A stretch of 64,000 nt of DNA, from positions 21,021 to 85,020 of IMG/VR virus record IMGVR_UViG_3300020167_000001. One strand, written 5' to 3'. Below are positions 19,130-28,600 of this stretch, piece after piece. Every line of letters begins with the position of its first letter. Position 1 is the stretch's first letter. A program made the position numbers and the translations under genes. Origin of the DNA: a virus. Under the pieces are notes generated by a model. The model ran no database searches. It was not told the origin of the DNA and worked only from the letters and a program-made list of their open reading frames with translations.

Positions 19130-20146
19130 ATGAGTATTTCAATTGTATCACTAGCTGAAACAGCTAAATCTGGTAGTATATCTATCAAACCGTTCTTTGA
19201 CCCAACTAAAACTAATCTAGGACTTGAAAAGTACGGCATGTCTTTATTTGATGGCATCTTTCATGAAGAGCAATTAGCTTGTATTGAAAGAAATGGTATT
19301 CAAAGATATCTTACCGGATTAAATGAATATGCTCCTGAAATCAAAGCTATTACTGATGAAGCTGCAAAAGAAGCTAAGATTAAGGAAATTAGAAAAGTAG
19401 TAGCTGAACTTGAAAGAGATTTAGCAGCAAATTATATTAAAGTTGATGATCCTGATTTCTGGTCTAAAGTAGTTTTACTTAAACCTGACAATCATGAGTT
19501 TTGGAGTAAGATAACAATCCGTTGTGGAAACGAGCCTGTTTATCTTGACCCCGTAAAAGACCCGCATGATTTAATTAAACTTTATGCAATTGAGGCTGGT
19601 GGATTTTCTATCATCGGTAAGAGCTTTGAAGAAGCTAGAAGCCGTTCAGTAGCTCCTAAGTTTTTCTTAGATAAGTTTGTTGAAACTGTTTCTACAAAAA
19701 CTGAAGTAAGTAAATTGAGAAATAAAGCTATTTCTGAACTTACTAAGTTGTTTGATAAGAACCAAAACAAGTTATTATATGTAGCTAAAGTGGTTGATGG
19801 AAACAGTGTTCAGTATAAAAAATCTACTCCTAATGATGTTGTTTATGATAACATGGATAAATTCATTAGAGGAGAAGGTGTTGAACCAAATATCAAACGA
19901 GCTGCTCAAACTTTCATAGATGCTGCAGCTTTAGATATGGAGACTTTAAAAATAAGAGCAATTGTAAAAGATTCTACTTATTATAAATTCATCATTCCTA
20001 AATCTGATGGTTTTATTTACCATACTGAATCTAATGCTATGATGGGTCGTAATGCTGCTGATTGTATTGAATACTTAAAGAATCCTTTACAAGATCAAAT
20101 CTTGTTGGATTTAACTAAGAAATTAGAAAAACACTGGAATTTATAA
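19130..20146 (+). CDS. Conserved crAss-like capsid-module protein (post-MCP gene)
   Basis: 338 aa; FWSKI..YLDP..PHDLI..MGRN..CIEYLKNP pattern and position. Confidence 0.7.
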   Translation: MSISIVSLAETAKSGSISIKPFFDPTKTNLGLEKYGMSLFDGIFHEEQLACIERNGIQRYLTGLNEYAPEIKAITDEAAKEAKIKEIRKVVAELERDLAANYIKVDDPDFWSKVVLLKPDNHEFWSKITIRCGNEPVYLDPVKDPHDLIKLYAIEAGGFSIIGKSFEEARSRSVAPKFFLDKFVETVSTKTEVSKLRNKAISELTKLFDKNQNKLLYVAKVVDGNSVQYKKSTPNDVVYDNMDKFIRGEGVEPNIKRAAQTFIDAAALDMETLKIRAIVKDSTYYKFIIPKSDGFIYHTESNAMMGRNAADCIEYLKNPLQDQILLDLTKKLEKHWNL

Positions 20147-20164
20147 ACATTAAAAATTAATATC

Positions 20165-20335
20165 ATGGCTGGACAAATGAAAACCGCAAACAAGTTTCCT
20201 CAAGTTGTAACATCTCCTACTAGATACACTGGTGGAAAAAATGCAGATGTTACTGTAGTTACTAACCCTACCCGTTACACTGGTGGTTTGAATAAAGCTG
20301 CATGTGATGTACCAAATGGTAGATTAAAAAAATAA
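20165..20335 (+). CDS. 56-aa peptide with an internal repeat
   Basis: Translated by hand: VVTSPTRYTGGKN / VVTNPTRYTGGLN. Confidence 0.7.
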   Translation: MAGQMKTANKFPQVVTSPTRYTGGKNADVTVVTNPTRYTGGLNKAACDVPNGRLKK

Positions 20336-20337
20336 TC

Positions 20338-20478
20338 ATGGCAAAAGTAAAAACAAATACTCCAGCAAAAGTTTCTAAAAAAGCATCTGTTAAATTTACA
20401 GGTCCTCAAAGCAAAGCTCCAAAAGGGGCTGTACCAGCAATGAAAATGGGAGGTGCTAAATCTAAAAAATCTTGTTAA
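20338..20478 (+). CDS. 46-aa Lys-rich peptide
   Basis: MAKVKTNTPAKVSKK...AMKMGGAKSKKSC, tightly packed between neighbours. Confidence 0.7.
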   Translation: MAKVKTNTPAKVSKKASVKFTGPQSKAPKGAVPAMKMGGAKSKKSC

Positions 20479-20479
20479 T

Positions 20480-20683
20480 ATGGCAAAGACAAAAATATCA
20501 AGTGATCCTTACCAGGCTAAATGGGATTTGGATACTTTAAGACAGGCTAAAGAAATTGAAGCTAATAGAGCTAGAATGAATGCTGCAAAAACATATGCTA
20601 AAGAACAAGTTAAAATGTTAGGTGGTATAGTTTCAGGTTCAGGAAAGGCTCCAGCTAAAAAAACTACTACAAAAAAGAAGTAG
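20480..20683 (+). CDS. Small basic protein
   Basis: ATG at 20480 lies 1 nt after the upstream stop; K-rich tail. Confidence 0.7.
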   Translation: MAKTKISSDPYQAKWDLDTLRQAKEIEANRARMNAAKTYAKEQVKMLGGIVSGSGKAPAKKTTTKKK

Positions 20684-20685
20684 TC

Positions 20686-20835
20686 ATGGCTGATAAAAAG
20701 TGGATACAGAAAGCTACCGCTTCCATTAAAAAAAGAGGTACAGCAGGTAAATGTACACCTATTAGTAAACCAGGTTGCACAGGTAAAGCAAAAGCATTAG
20801 CTTTGACTTTTAAAAAAATGGCTAAAAACAGATAG
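20686..20835 (+). CDS. 49-aa basic peptide
   Basis: MADKKWIQKA..GKCTP..PGCTGKAKALALTFKKMAKNR. Confidence 0.7.
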   Translation: MADKKWIQKATASIKKRGTAGKCTPISKPGCTGKAKALALTFKKMAKNR

Positions 20836-20836
20836 T

Positions 20837-20986
20837 ATGGCTAAAGAAATGATTAAAAGAAAAGACGGTAGTGTTTCCCAAAGAGGTCTCTGGGATAACG
20901 TCCGTGCTAACAAAGGCTCTGGTAAAAAACCTACCAAAGAAATGCTTAAACAAGAAAAAAAGATTAAATCTAAAACTAAGAAATAA
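20837..20986 (+). CDS. 49-aa basic peptide
   Basis: MAKEMIKRKDGSVSQRGLWDNVRANKGSGKKPTKEMLKQEKKIK. Confidence 0.7.
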   Translation: MAKEMIKRKDGSVSQRGLWDNVRANKGSGKKPTKEMLKQEKKIKSKTKK

Positions 20987-21165
20987 TGGCTGATACAGAT
21001 CAAAAAATTAATAAGTGGGGATTAGGTTTAGAATATGCTGACTCTACTAAATATAAAATGGAAAAAGGAGATCATATTTCTAAGTATGAAATATGGGAAG
21101 AAATAAAAAAAGCTTTTGAAGAAGGTTTTGATAAAGCTAAAGAACTTTATAATATAAAAGACTAA
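20986..21165 (+). CDS. 59-aa hypothetical protein
   Basis: TAATG-coupled at both ends. Confidence 0.6.
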   Translation: MADTDQKINKWGLGLEYADSTKYKMEKGDHISKYEIWEEIKKAFEEGFDKAKELYNIKD

Positions 21166-21275
21166 TGGTAAAAGATTTAAAAATATGGAATATGCTTTGT
21201 AAAAAGCTAAAACATCTAAATGATAATAACTATACTGCTAGAAAAATTTATGATAATTTAAAAAGAATTAAATAA
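21165..21275 (+). CDS. 36-aa hypothetical peptide
   Basis: TAATG-coupled at both ends; very short. Confidence 0.45.
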   Translation: MVKDLKIWNMLCKKLKHLNDNNYTARKIYDNLKRIK

Positions 21276-21529
21276 TGGCAAAAACTCCAGCATGGACCAG
21301 ATCTGAAGGTAAAAGTAAAACTGGTGGGTTAAACCAAAAAGGTAGAGACTCTTATAATAAAGCTAATCCCGGATCAAATCTTAAGGCTCCACAGCCTGAA
21401 GGAGGTCCTAGAAAAAAATCATTCTGTGCAAGAATGTCTGGTGTAAAAGGGCCAATGAAAAAACCTAATGGTGAACCTACAAGAAAAGCATTAGCTTTGA
21501 CTTTTAAAAAAATAGCTAAAAAGAAGTAA
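21275..21529 (+). CDS. Small basic phage protein (DUF6321-like)
   Basis: GGLNQKGR..NPGSNLKAP..RKKSFCARMSG motif. Confidence 0.7.
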   Translation: MAKTPAWTRSEGKSKTGGLNQKGRDSYNKANPGSNLKAPQPEGGPRKKSFCARMSGVKGPMKKPNGEPTRKALALTFKKIAKKK

Positions 21530-21530
21530 T

Positions 21531-21734
21531 ATGAAAAAAGCAAATGCAGCCAAAGTAATGAAACACTTCAATGATCAGCAAGATAAGTTGAACAAAGGTG
21601 GTTCTATTCTTTCTACAGACTCAAAGATTTTGGGTGTGTATGGTAAGACAGTAGAAGGTAATTCTCCTAACAAGAAACAACCGCGTGTTGAGGTTCAGCA
21701 GGTGTTTAAAACAAAACCATTTAACTTTGGATAA
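21531..21734 (+). CDS. Small basic hypothetical protein
   Basis: 67 aa, coupled to its neighbours. Confidence 0.6.
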   Translation: MKKANAAKVMKHFNDQQDKLNKGGSILSTDSKILGVYGKTVEGNSPNKKQPRVEVQQVFKTKPFNFG

Positions 21735-22240
21735 TGCTTAATTCAGCTATTCTCATAACTAATACAGTAGAGCCTACCCCTAAAAAAAGTAGAGCTCTTA
21801 CTTATTATTATAAAAATAAAGAAAAAATAGCTGCATATAAAAAAGCTCATTATCATGCTAATATTGATACATATAAAGCAAGAGCTGCCAAGTTTGGTAA
21901 AAGTGAAATTAGAAAAAAGTATTTAATTAACAATAAAGAAAAAACAAAGACCTATAATAAAGAAAGATGGTTAAAAGTAAAAGATGCTAAACCTCATTTA
22001 AAAGCTATTTATGGTATAACTTTGGAAGAATATTCTTTAATGTTTGAAAAACAAGAAGGTTGCTGTTCAGGTTGTAAAAAACATAGATCAACTTTAAAAA
22101 GTGATTTATGTGTAGATCATTGTCACACAACTGGAAAAGTAAGAGGTTTATTATGTGCAAAATGTAATACAGCTTTAGGAATGATTGAAGATAATACTAA
22201 TACATTGTTAAATCTTATAACTTATTTAAACAATGCTTAA
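21734..22240 (+). mobile_element. Free-standing endonuclease VII-type HNH homing endonuclease gene
   Basis: YGITLEEY..QEGCCSGC..LCVDHCHTTGKVRGLLCAKCNTALG; its N-terminus duplicates that of the downstream gene. Confidence 0.85.
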
Positions 22241-22937
22241 TCAGGCTATATTAATCAAAGTGAAAAATCGCTTAAACAAATTATCATCTAATGACTACGA
22301 TAATATTGAGTCATGGCAAATTGTTGAGGCTTTTAACAAAGGACAGGTTGACTGGTGCCGTAGAAATTTACATGGATTAAATATTGTAAAAGAAGGTGAT
22401 GAACAGTCTACTAGGAGAATAGATGATTTACAGGTTTTATTAACTACTTTATCATTAACCCTTGTTAATAAACAAACTTATTTTGAGAGTACTAATTTCC
22501 CGGCTAATTATTTACAGTGGAAAAGAGTATCAGCAAATGCTAAAAGTGATTGTTGCCCAGAACCAAAACCTATGATTGTTTATCTAGGTGAAGTGGCCAA
22601 TGTAGATGATATCTTAAGAGATAAAAACAAAAATCCTAATTATGATTGGGGTGAAACTTTTGCTACTATTTCCAATAACCAAATCCAGATTTATACAAAC
22701 GGAGATTTTACAATAGCTAATGCTTCATTTGTACATTATAGACAACCAAGACATATTCAAATTGCTGGAGTTACGGATCCTTATACAGGAATTGTTCCTG
22801 CAATAGATATAATCTCAGAATTTAAAGATGACTTAGTTGAAGTATTTATTGATGAAGCTGTGAAAATCATAGCTGGTGATATTGAGTCTATGACTCAGGT
22901 ATCTATCGCGGCACAAAGAACTGAACAAAATAATTAA
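22233..22937 (+). CDS. Neck/tail ring protein
   Basis: 234 aa; RLNKLSS, EQSTRRIDDLQ and Y.RQP motifs; position of crAss ring genes. Confidence 0.7.
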   Translation: MLNQAILIKVKNRLNKLSSNDYDNIESWQIVEAFNKGQVDWCRRNLHGLNIVKEGDEQSTRRIDDLQVLLTTLSLTLVNKQTYFESTNFPANYLQWKRVSANAKSDCCPEPKPMIVYLGEVANVDDILRDKNKNPNYDWGETFATISNNQIQIYTNGDFTIANASFVHYRQPRHIQIAGVTDPYTGIVPAIDIISEFKDDLVEVFIDEAVKIIAGDIESMTQVSIAAQRTEQNN

Positions 22938-22942
22938 TTATC

Positions 22943-23371
22943 ATGAATCAACCTTTTGTAAAAAGACCAGGCACAGAAAAAAAATCAGATACCCTAGAGA
23001 CCAGTGTTGCTAGTTGTGTATCTGAGTTAATGAATGCTGCAGTGTCTATGCACAAGATGCATTTAAAGATTACAGGTGTTGGATCATATGCCGGCCATAA
23101 AGCTCTTAATGAATTGTATGATGCTTTACCGGGACATGCCGATGACTTAGCTGAACAGTTCCAAGGAGCTTCTGAAAAGTTATTATCTTATGAGGATCTT
23201 GCTCCAAAATCTATTAACTCTGTAGGAGAAGCTCTAACTTATATGAGAGAGATGGCCCAAACAATTACAGCTTTACAAGCTAAAATGCCTTACAGTGAAA
23301 TCATAAATGACCTTGATACTATCAAGTCTACATTGAACTCAATAAAATATAAATTACTTTTCTTAAAATAA
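22943..23371 (+). CDS. Ferritin/Dps-like protein
   Basis: HKMHL..SYAGHKALNELYD...DDLAEQFQG four-helix di-iron-type motif. Confidence 0.8.
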   Translation: MNQPFVKRPGTEKKSDTLETSVASCVSELMNAAVSMHKMHLKITGVGSYAGHKALNELYDALPGHADDLAEQFQGASEKLLSYEDLAPKSINSVGEALTYMREMAQTITALQAKMPYSEIINDLDTIKSTLNSIKYKLLFLK

Positions 23372-23372
23372 A

Positions 23373-23404
23373 TTTGGAAATTCATAAAGAATAACATATA
23401 TTAG
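23373..23404 (+). promoter_or_regulatory. Promoter
   Basis: TTTG-N20-TATATTAG; shares TTTGGAAAT-N15-TATATTA with the site at 28985. Confidence 0.6.
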
Positions 23405-23444
23405 TATTAACTTTTATTTATAAACAACAAAAAACAAAAACAAA

Positions 23445-24800
23445 ATGGCTTATTTTAATCACGCGTTCAGCAAAAGATTCTTAGGAACTGGTGCTACAAG
23501 AACAGCTCTTTCAACAGGAGCTCCAATCACAGCTTTAAACCCTGCTTCAACAGGTGGTATGATTACTACTGCAGGAACTACTACAGCTACATTATCAACT
23601 TTAACTCCAGGTTACTTTGGATTCTTTGATCCAAAAACTTATCTATGTGTAGGTACCGTAGTTGCAGATGCATGTTGCCCTTTATTGTTAGCTAGTTCTG
23701 CTTTGCAAACTAATGACAAAATTGGACCTTTTCACGGAGGATATAAAGAAACTAACAAATCAAAAGTTATTAACCCTAAATATGTACAAGCTGCATATCG
23801 TGTTGATGACTGTGTTCCTAAACAAGCAGTAACTTCTGTAGGTGTAACTCCTGAAACAGTAGTACCAGGTTTACCTGTTACAGGTTTCCAAGGTGGTACA
23901 GTTCAAGCTAACTGTCCATATGAGTTCTTATGTGGTGAAACTTACTACTTAAGAATTGATGTTAAAGGTTCACCAGCTTTACGTGCTTTAAATCACAATG
24001 CTTACCAAACATTATCTGCTTACACAGGTTGTTGTTCTGGTCCTGTTCCTGATGCAGTTGACCCTACATTAGTGTACATTGAGTGGGCAAAAGCTTTAAT
24101 TATCAATAACTATTTAAATCCATTCGTATTACCAGTTGTATTTGATACAACAGGAGCTCCTTGGTATGCACCAGGAACAACTGTAGATCCTATTTCAGGA
24201 GCTGCTGTAATTCCAGCTCAATGGTGGGATGCTTACGTATCTCCAGCAGGACCATATGCAGGTTTAACTGCAGGTATGCGTTTATTTGGAGCTTATGTAG
24301 GAACTGTATTTGGAGATTGTACTTTCCAAATCACTGATTTCTTCGAAAGAGAGCCAGTTAAAATTTATGCATCTTTAGTAGATTACAATGGTGATCCATG
24401 TGTATTTGAAGGATTATGTGTATACAATGATTGTTTAGGTTTACAAGGTATGGGCTTTGGAGATACAGTTTTAAAAGACTTTATCTTATCTGAGTCTTAC
24501 TTACAAAACTTCTTCCACTCTGATTTACGTATCCGTGAAATTACTCAAGGTTATGATATCAGTAATGCTATCCCAAGAAATGCTTTATACACTCGTTACT
24601 ATATCTTACATAGTGTACCTCGTTTCAACAACCCATCTGGAGTTTTTGATAATGACCGTTACATGTTAGAAGTAGTTACAGGAACTGCAGGTAATGCTGC
24701 TTTAGATACTTTCTTAGCTACATGGTTAGATACATGTGCAAACTGTGTTCCTTTTGACACACATGCTTGTGTAGCTTGTGTACCAGAACCTAATGCTTAA
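23445..24800 (+). CDS. Abundant structural protein, likely auxiliary capsid protein
   Basis: 451 aa with MCP-like codon bias and its own promoter and terminator; crAss synteny. Confidence 0.7.
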   Translation: MAYFNHAFSKRFLGTGATRTALSTGAPITALNPASTGGMITTAGTTTATLSTLTPGYFGFFDPKTYLCVGTVVADACCPLLLASSALQTNDKIGPFHGGYKETNKSKVINPKYVQAAYRVDDCVPKQAVTSVGVTPETVVPGLPVTGFQGGTVQANCPYEFLCGETYYLRIDVKGSPALRALNHNAYQTLSAYTGCCSGPVPDAVDPTLVYIEWAKALIINNYLNPFVLPVVFDTTGAPWYAPGTTVDPISGAAVIPAQWWDAYVSPAGPYAGLTAGMRLFGAYVGTVFGDCTFQITDFFEREPVKIYASLVDYNGDPCVFEGLCVYNDCLGLQGMGFGDTVLKDFILSESYLQNFFHSDLRIREITQGYDISNAIPRNALYTRYYILHSVPRFNNPSGVFDNDRYMLEVVTGTAGNAALDTFLATWLDTCANCVPFDTHACVACVPEPNA

Positions 24801-24820
24801 TTATTAACCTAATAAAAAAT

Positions 24821-24853
24821 AAAAAGGAGGAGACAAAAACTCCTCCTTTTTTT
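24821..24853 (+). terminator. Rho-independent (possibly bidirectional) terminator
   Basis: AAAAAGGAGGAG-N7-CTCCTCCTTTTTTT. Confidence 0.9.
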
Positions 24854-24866
24854 ATATCTTTGTATT

Positions 24867-25430
24867 ATGTCAAAACATGTATTAAGTCTGGAAATTCCAG
24901 ATACAATGAATAAATGTATCTTCAGAGTAGTAGATACTAGTGTGTATGCAACAGGTATACCTATTACATGTCCACTTTTACAAATAACGGTTCCGGGATT
25001 TAATACTCCTGTAAACTTTGCTTCCCCTCAAATTGAACCAGGTTTTAATGCAAATATGACAGCTTGTGATTTAGAGATTCAATCTAATGAATGTGGTACT
25101 CAATTTTATGATGTTCCTGATGGAATTTATGTTATTAAGTATAGTGTGCAGCCAAAAGATTATGTATATGTAGAATATAATCATCTTCGCGTAACATGTG
25201 CACTTAATAAAATCAAAGCTATTTATTGTGATTTACAATTAGGAGCTTGTGATCCACCAGCAAGTAAGAAAGATAAGCTTAATCAGATTAGATTAATAGA
25301 ACAATATCTTAAAGCGGCCAAAGCATATGTAGAAGATTGCCACGATCCTAAAAGAGGTATGGAACTTTACAAATATGCTAATTCTCTATTAGATAAAATG
25401 ACCTGCAGTACAGGTTGCAAAACATGTTAA
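24867..25430 (+). CDS. Putative tail hub/adaptor protein
   Basis: PDGIYVIKYSV motif, helical C-terminus, Cys-rich end; crAss synteny. Confidence 0.6.
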   Translation: MSKHVLSLEIPDTMNKCIFRVVDTSVYATGIPITCPLLQITVPGFNTPVNFASPQIEPGFNANMTACDLEIQSNECGTQFYDVPDGIYVIKYSVQPKDYVYVEYNHLRVTCALNKIKAIYCDLQLGACDPPASKKDKLNQIRLIEQYLKAAKAYVEDCHDPKRGMELYKYANSLLDKMTCSTGCKTC

Positions 25431-25451
25431 ACCAATAAAAACCAACATAAA

Positions 25452-25631
25452 ATGACTTGTTCAAATTGTAAAACAACACTAGGTTGTTCTTGTCAAAGAA
25501 AGACAGCCTCAAATGGAGTTAGTGTGTGTAACACATGTTTAGCTACTTACGAAGCTTCATTGAAAGGATTAACTGTTCCCAAACCGGGAACTCCTCAAGT
25601 AAGAACTTTTAGAGCACCTAATTCAAAATAA
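25452..25631 (+). CDS. 59-aa Cys-rich peptide
   Basis: Translated by hand: MTCSNCKTTLGCSCQRKTASNGVSVCNTC... Confidence 0.7.
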   Translation: MTCSNCKTTLGCSCQRKTASNGVSVCNTCLATYEASLKGLTVPKPGTPQVRTFRAPNSK

Positions 25632-25640
25632 AAATAAGCT

Positions 25641-28600
25641 ATGGCATGCATAACATTAACATCTTGTACTTTAAATGATACTACAGTATTAATTACTGAT
25701 TCAGTTGTATCAGCTCCTTTGATGGCCTATATAGGACAAAATGTTAATGTTATAGGCTATCCTGGTATTTGTTTTTATGTAGAATTAAATGAAACAGGAT
25801 GTTTAGATTGTGAAAAAGCTGCTAGTATATTATTAGCACCTGGTAATCCAATTTGTATTAATACCATTCCCTACAGAGCCTATATATTAACACCGTGTGA
25901 TCCTCAGTTGCCAAGCTTATTTACAACACAAGTTTTATATCCATATGATGGATTAACTATTACTTTTTTTGGACAAGGTGGGGCATGCTATACAGTTAAC
26001 GGAAGCCTTACAGTACCTACAGATATAAACTCAGTAATTGTACAATGTCCTGAACCTTGTGCTTGCACACCTGTGGTATGTGGATGTCCTGATGGTTATG
26101 TATTAAATCAAGCCGGCTTATGTGAAGGTACAGTGAGTGTTCCTCCTATTAATAATGGCACACAGTATACAGTAGCTCAAGCTCTTTGGTTTGAAGGTAC
26201 TTTTGGTACATTAGCTGCAGAATTTTATGAAGATATCACTAACAAACCTTGGCCTATTTTATCAACAGCTCCAGGTAATGTAAGTGCTTATACGGATAAT
26301 ACCTTAGTTCCTTTATTAATTACCAATACTTTATCTAATCAAATTTGGGGAGGACTGATGTCTTCTTTAAATTTTAGAATGAGAATTGCTGGTGTATGGA
26401 CTAACTCATTTACATGGGATCCTATTGATGAATGGATTGGTTTTAGTTATTGTGTTACCCTTACAGAAACTAAAACTTATTACATAGCATATGCTGTAGA
26501 TGACTTTGCCCGAATATTTATTGATGGTGTATTGATGCTTAATCAAGATACTTCAGGTTGGGCTTTCAAGAAATTACAGATATTTCCAATAACTTTAAAT
26601 GCCGGCTTACATATCATTACAGGTGAAGTAAAAAATGCAGGAGTAAGTGCTATATTTGCTTTTGAAATTTATGATGCTACTTTAGCTCAATTATTAGCCG
26701 TTGCTCTTCCTGGTGATATTGATCCTTATATTGTATTTAGTTCTGGAGATCAGATTGGCCTTAATTGGCAAACTGGTGAAACTTCAGGTTATTCATGTCC
26801 CGATGGATATGCTTTAAATACTTGTGATGGTTTAAGTTGTACTCAAATTGTAACAATTCCTCAAGTTCCTTGTGAAGCTTGGCAAATAACTTTTTGTGAA
26901 GGAACAGGTTTAGATCCTATTATTACAAGTACTGATTTATCAGGTTATATTGGAAGTGTCTATGAAATTACATATACCCCTTTAATAAATCCAATAGCTA
27001 TTACAGCTTGTGGTAGTGTAGCTCAAGCCCCCTCTCAACTAGCTCCTGCTTTTACCGGTACCTTTTCTGAGATAAGTTATGACTGTTGTGAATCTTGTAT
27101 GGCTATTTGTTATCTTTTAGAAGATTGTCAAAATGCTGTGCCAGATATGATTTTATGTACAGATTTAAGTGAATATGTAGGAAAAATCATTAAGATTAAA
27201 GGTTGTGGTGATATCTGTTGGACCGTATCTGAAGCTAATTCTTGTGTGAATAGTATTAAGTTTGAAGGTGAAGTTACAGAATTTGATACTTGCTTGGAGT
27301 GCTTACCTCCTACTCCGGTACCAGTTCCTTTAGAACTTAACCTTAGAAAAGTAAAACCTGGTTATAACAGTCCCAATTCATGTGTAACACTTGAGTATTT
27401 ACAACGCGTTAACTGTAATTTTGCATTACAAGTATATAATGAGATGTTGATTAAAAGATATGGTATTACTGTATGTTGTGATCAGGATGTTGATACTTGG
27501 GATATTCAAAAATCAGAATTAGATTATATGCTTATGGGTGACCCGAGCATGTGTAAATCTACATTATGTGATTGCAAAGCTCCTTGTTTAATAGATGCTA
27601 TCTTTACTTTGGTACCTACTTGTGTAGAACCTATATTAATCAGTGCTACTTTAGATGATTTGTGCTTTCCTCCTGTTTTTACAGATGGTGTAGTTACTGT
27701 AGAAACTCAATCACTTCCTTGTAATTGTTATATATTAACAGGAACTGATTATACTTTAGGTTGGATTGATTGTTGTTGTGAATACCAAACAGCAACTTTT
27801 ACTTCTAATGCTACAGTATGTGCACATTATCCACCTGTTATTTTAAGTGGTGTAGTTGCTATACTTGCAGCTGAAGAATGTGGTAGTGATTTATGTGTAG
27901 CTCCTTTACCTGTATGTTATTGTTGGAATATAATTCCAGGACCTGGTGGAGATCAAATAAGATATACAAGTTGTAATGATATAGATGTTATAATTAGGGT
28001 TTCATCAAGTGATAATATTAGCGTTTGTTCTGAAACAACCCCTACAGTTATCAATGGCTCCACAGTAACTAATACTGGATTCTGTACTACAAATTGTGGT
28101 TTAACACCTTCTTGTGTGTGTTATCAAGTTATAATAACATCCAATGATCTTAATCCTGCTACAGTAGATATGGTAACTACTTCTTGTAATAATCCTTTAG
28201 TTCCTATTACTACAACTATTGTATCAGGAACTCCGACTTTATTGTGTTCTGGAAAAGTACCTACATTTACATCAGCTAGTGCTAATGCTGTTATAAATAT
28301 ATTAGTTAAAAATACTATAGCTTGTGTAGATTGTCATATTCCTATTCCTTGTGTATGTTACCAAGTATTAATGCCAGCTTTAGGGGGAACAATTTCTTAT
28401 ATACCTTGTGGTTCTACATCGGGTTATTTAAATGTTACATTAGGAGCTGGATGGTCTTATCATTGTTCAGAATCTGGTGCTCCATTTTCAATATCTGGAG
28501 GAGCTCCTTTAAATGTAACCGCTATCAGTAATGATTGTGGTTTAGGCGAATGTGTACTAACACCTGTTTGTAATACACAAACTAGTTGTTATACAATAAC

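Larger units (their letters stand above)
20790..21522 (+). repeat. 39-bp direct repeat pair (20790-20828 and 21484-21522, 38/39 identical)
   Basis: AAAAGCATTAGCTTTGACTTTTAAAAAAAT[G/A]GCTAAAAA at the 3' ends of two different genes. Confidence 0.9.
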
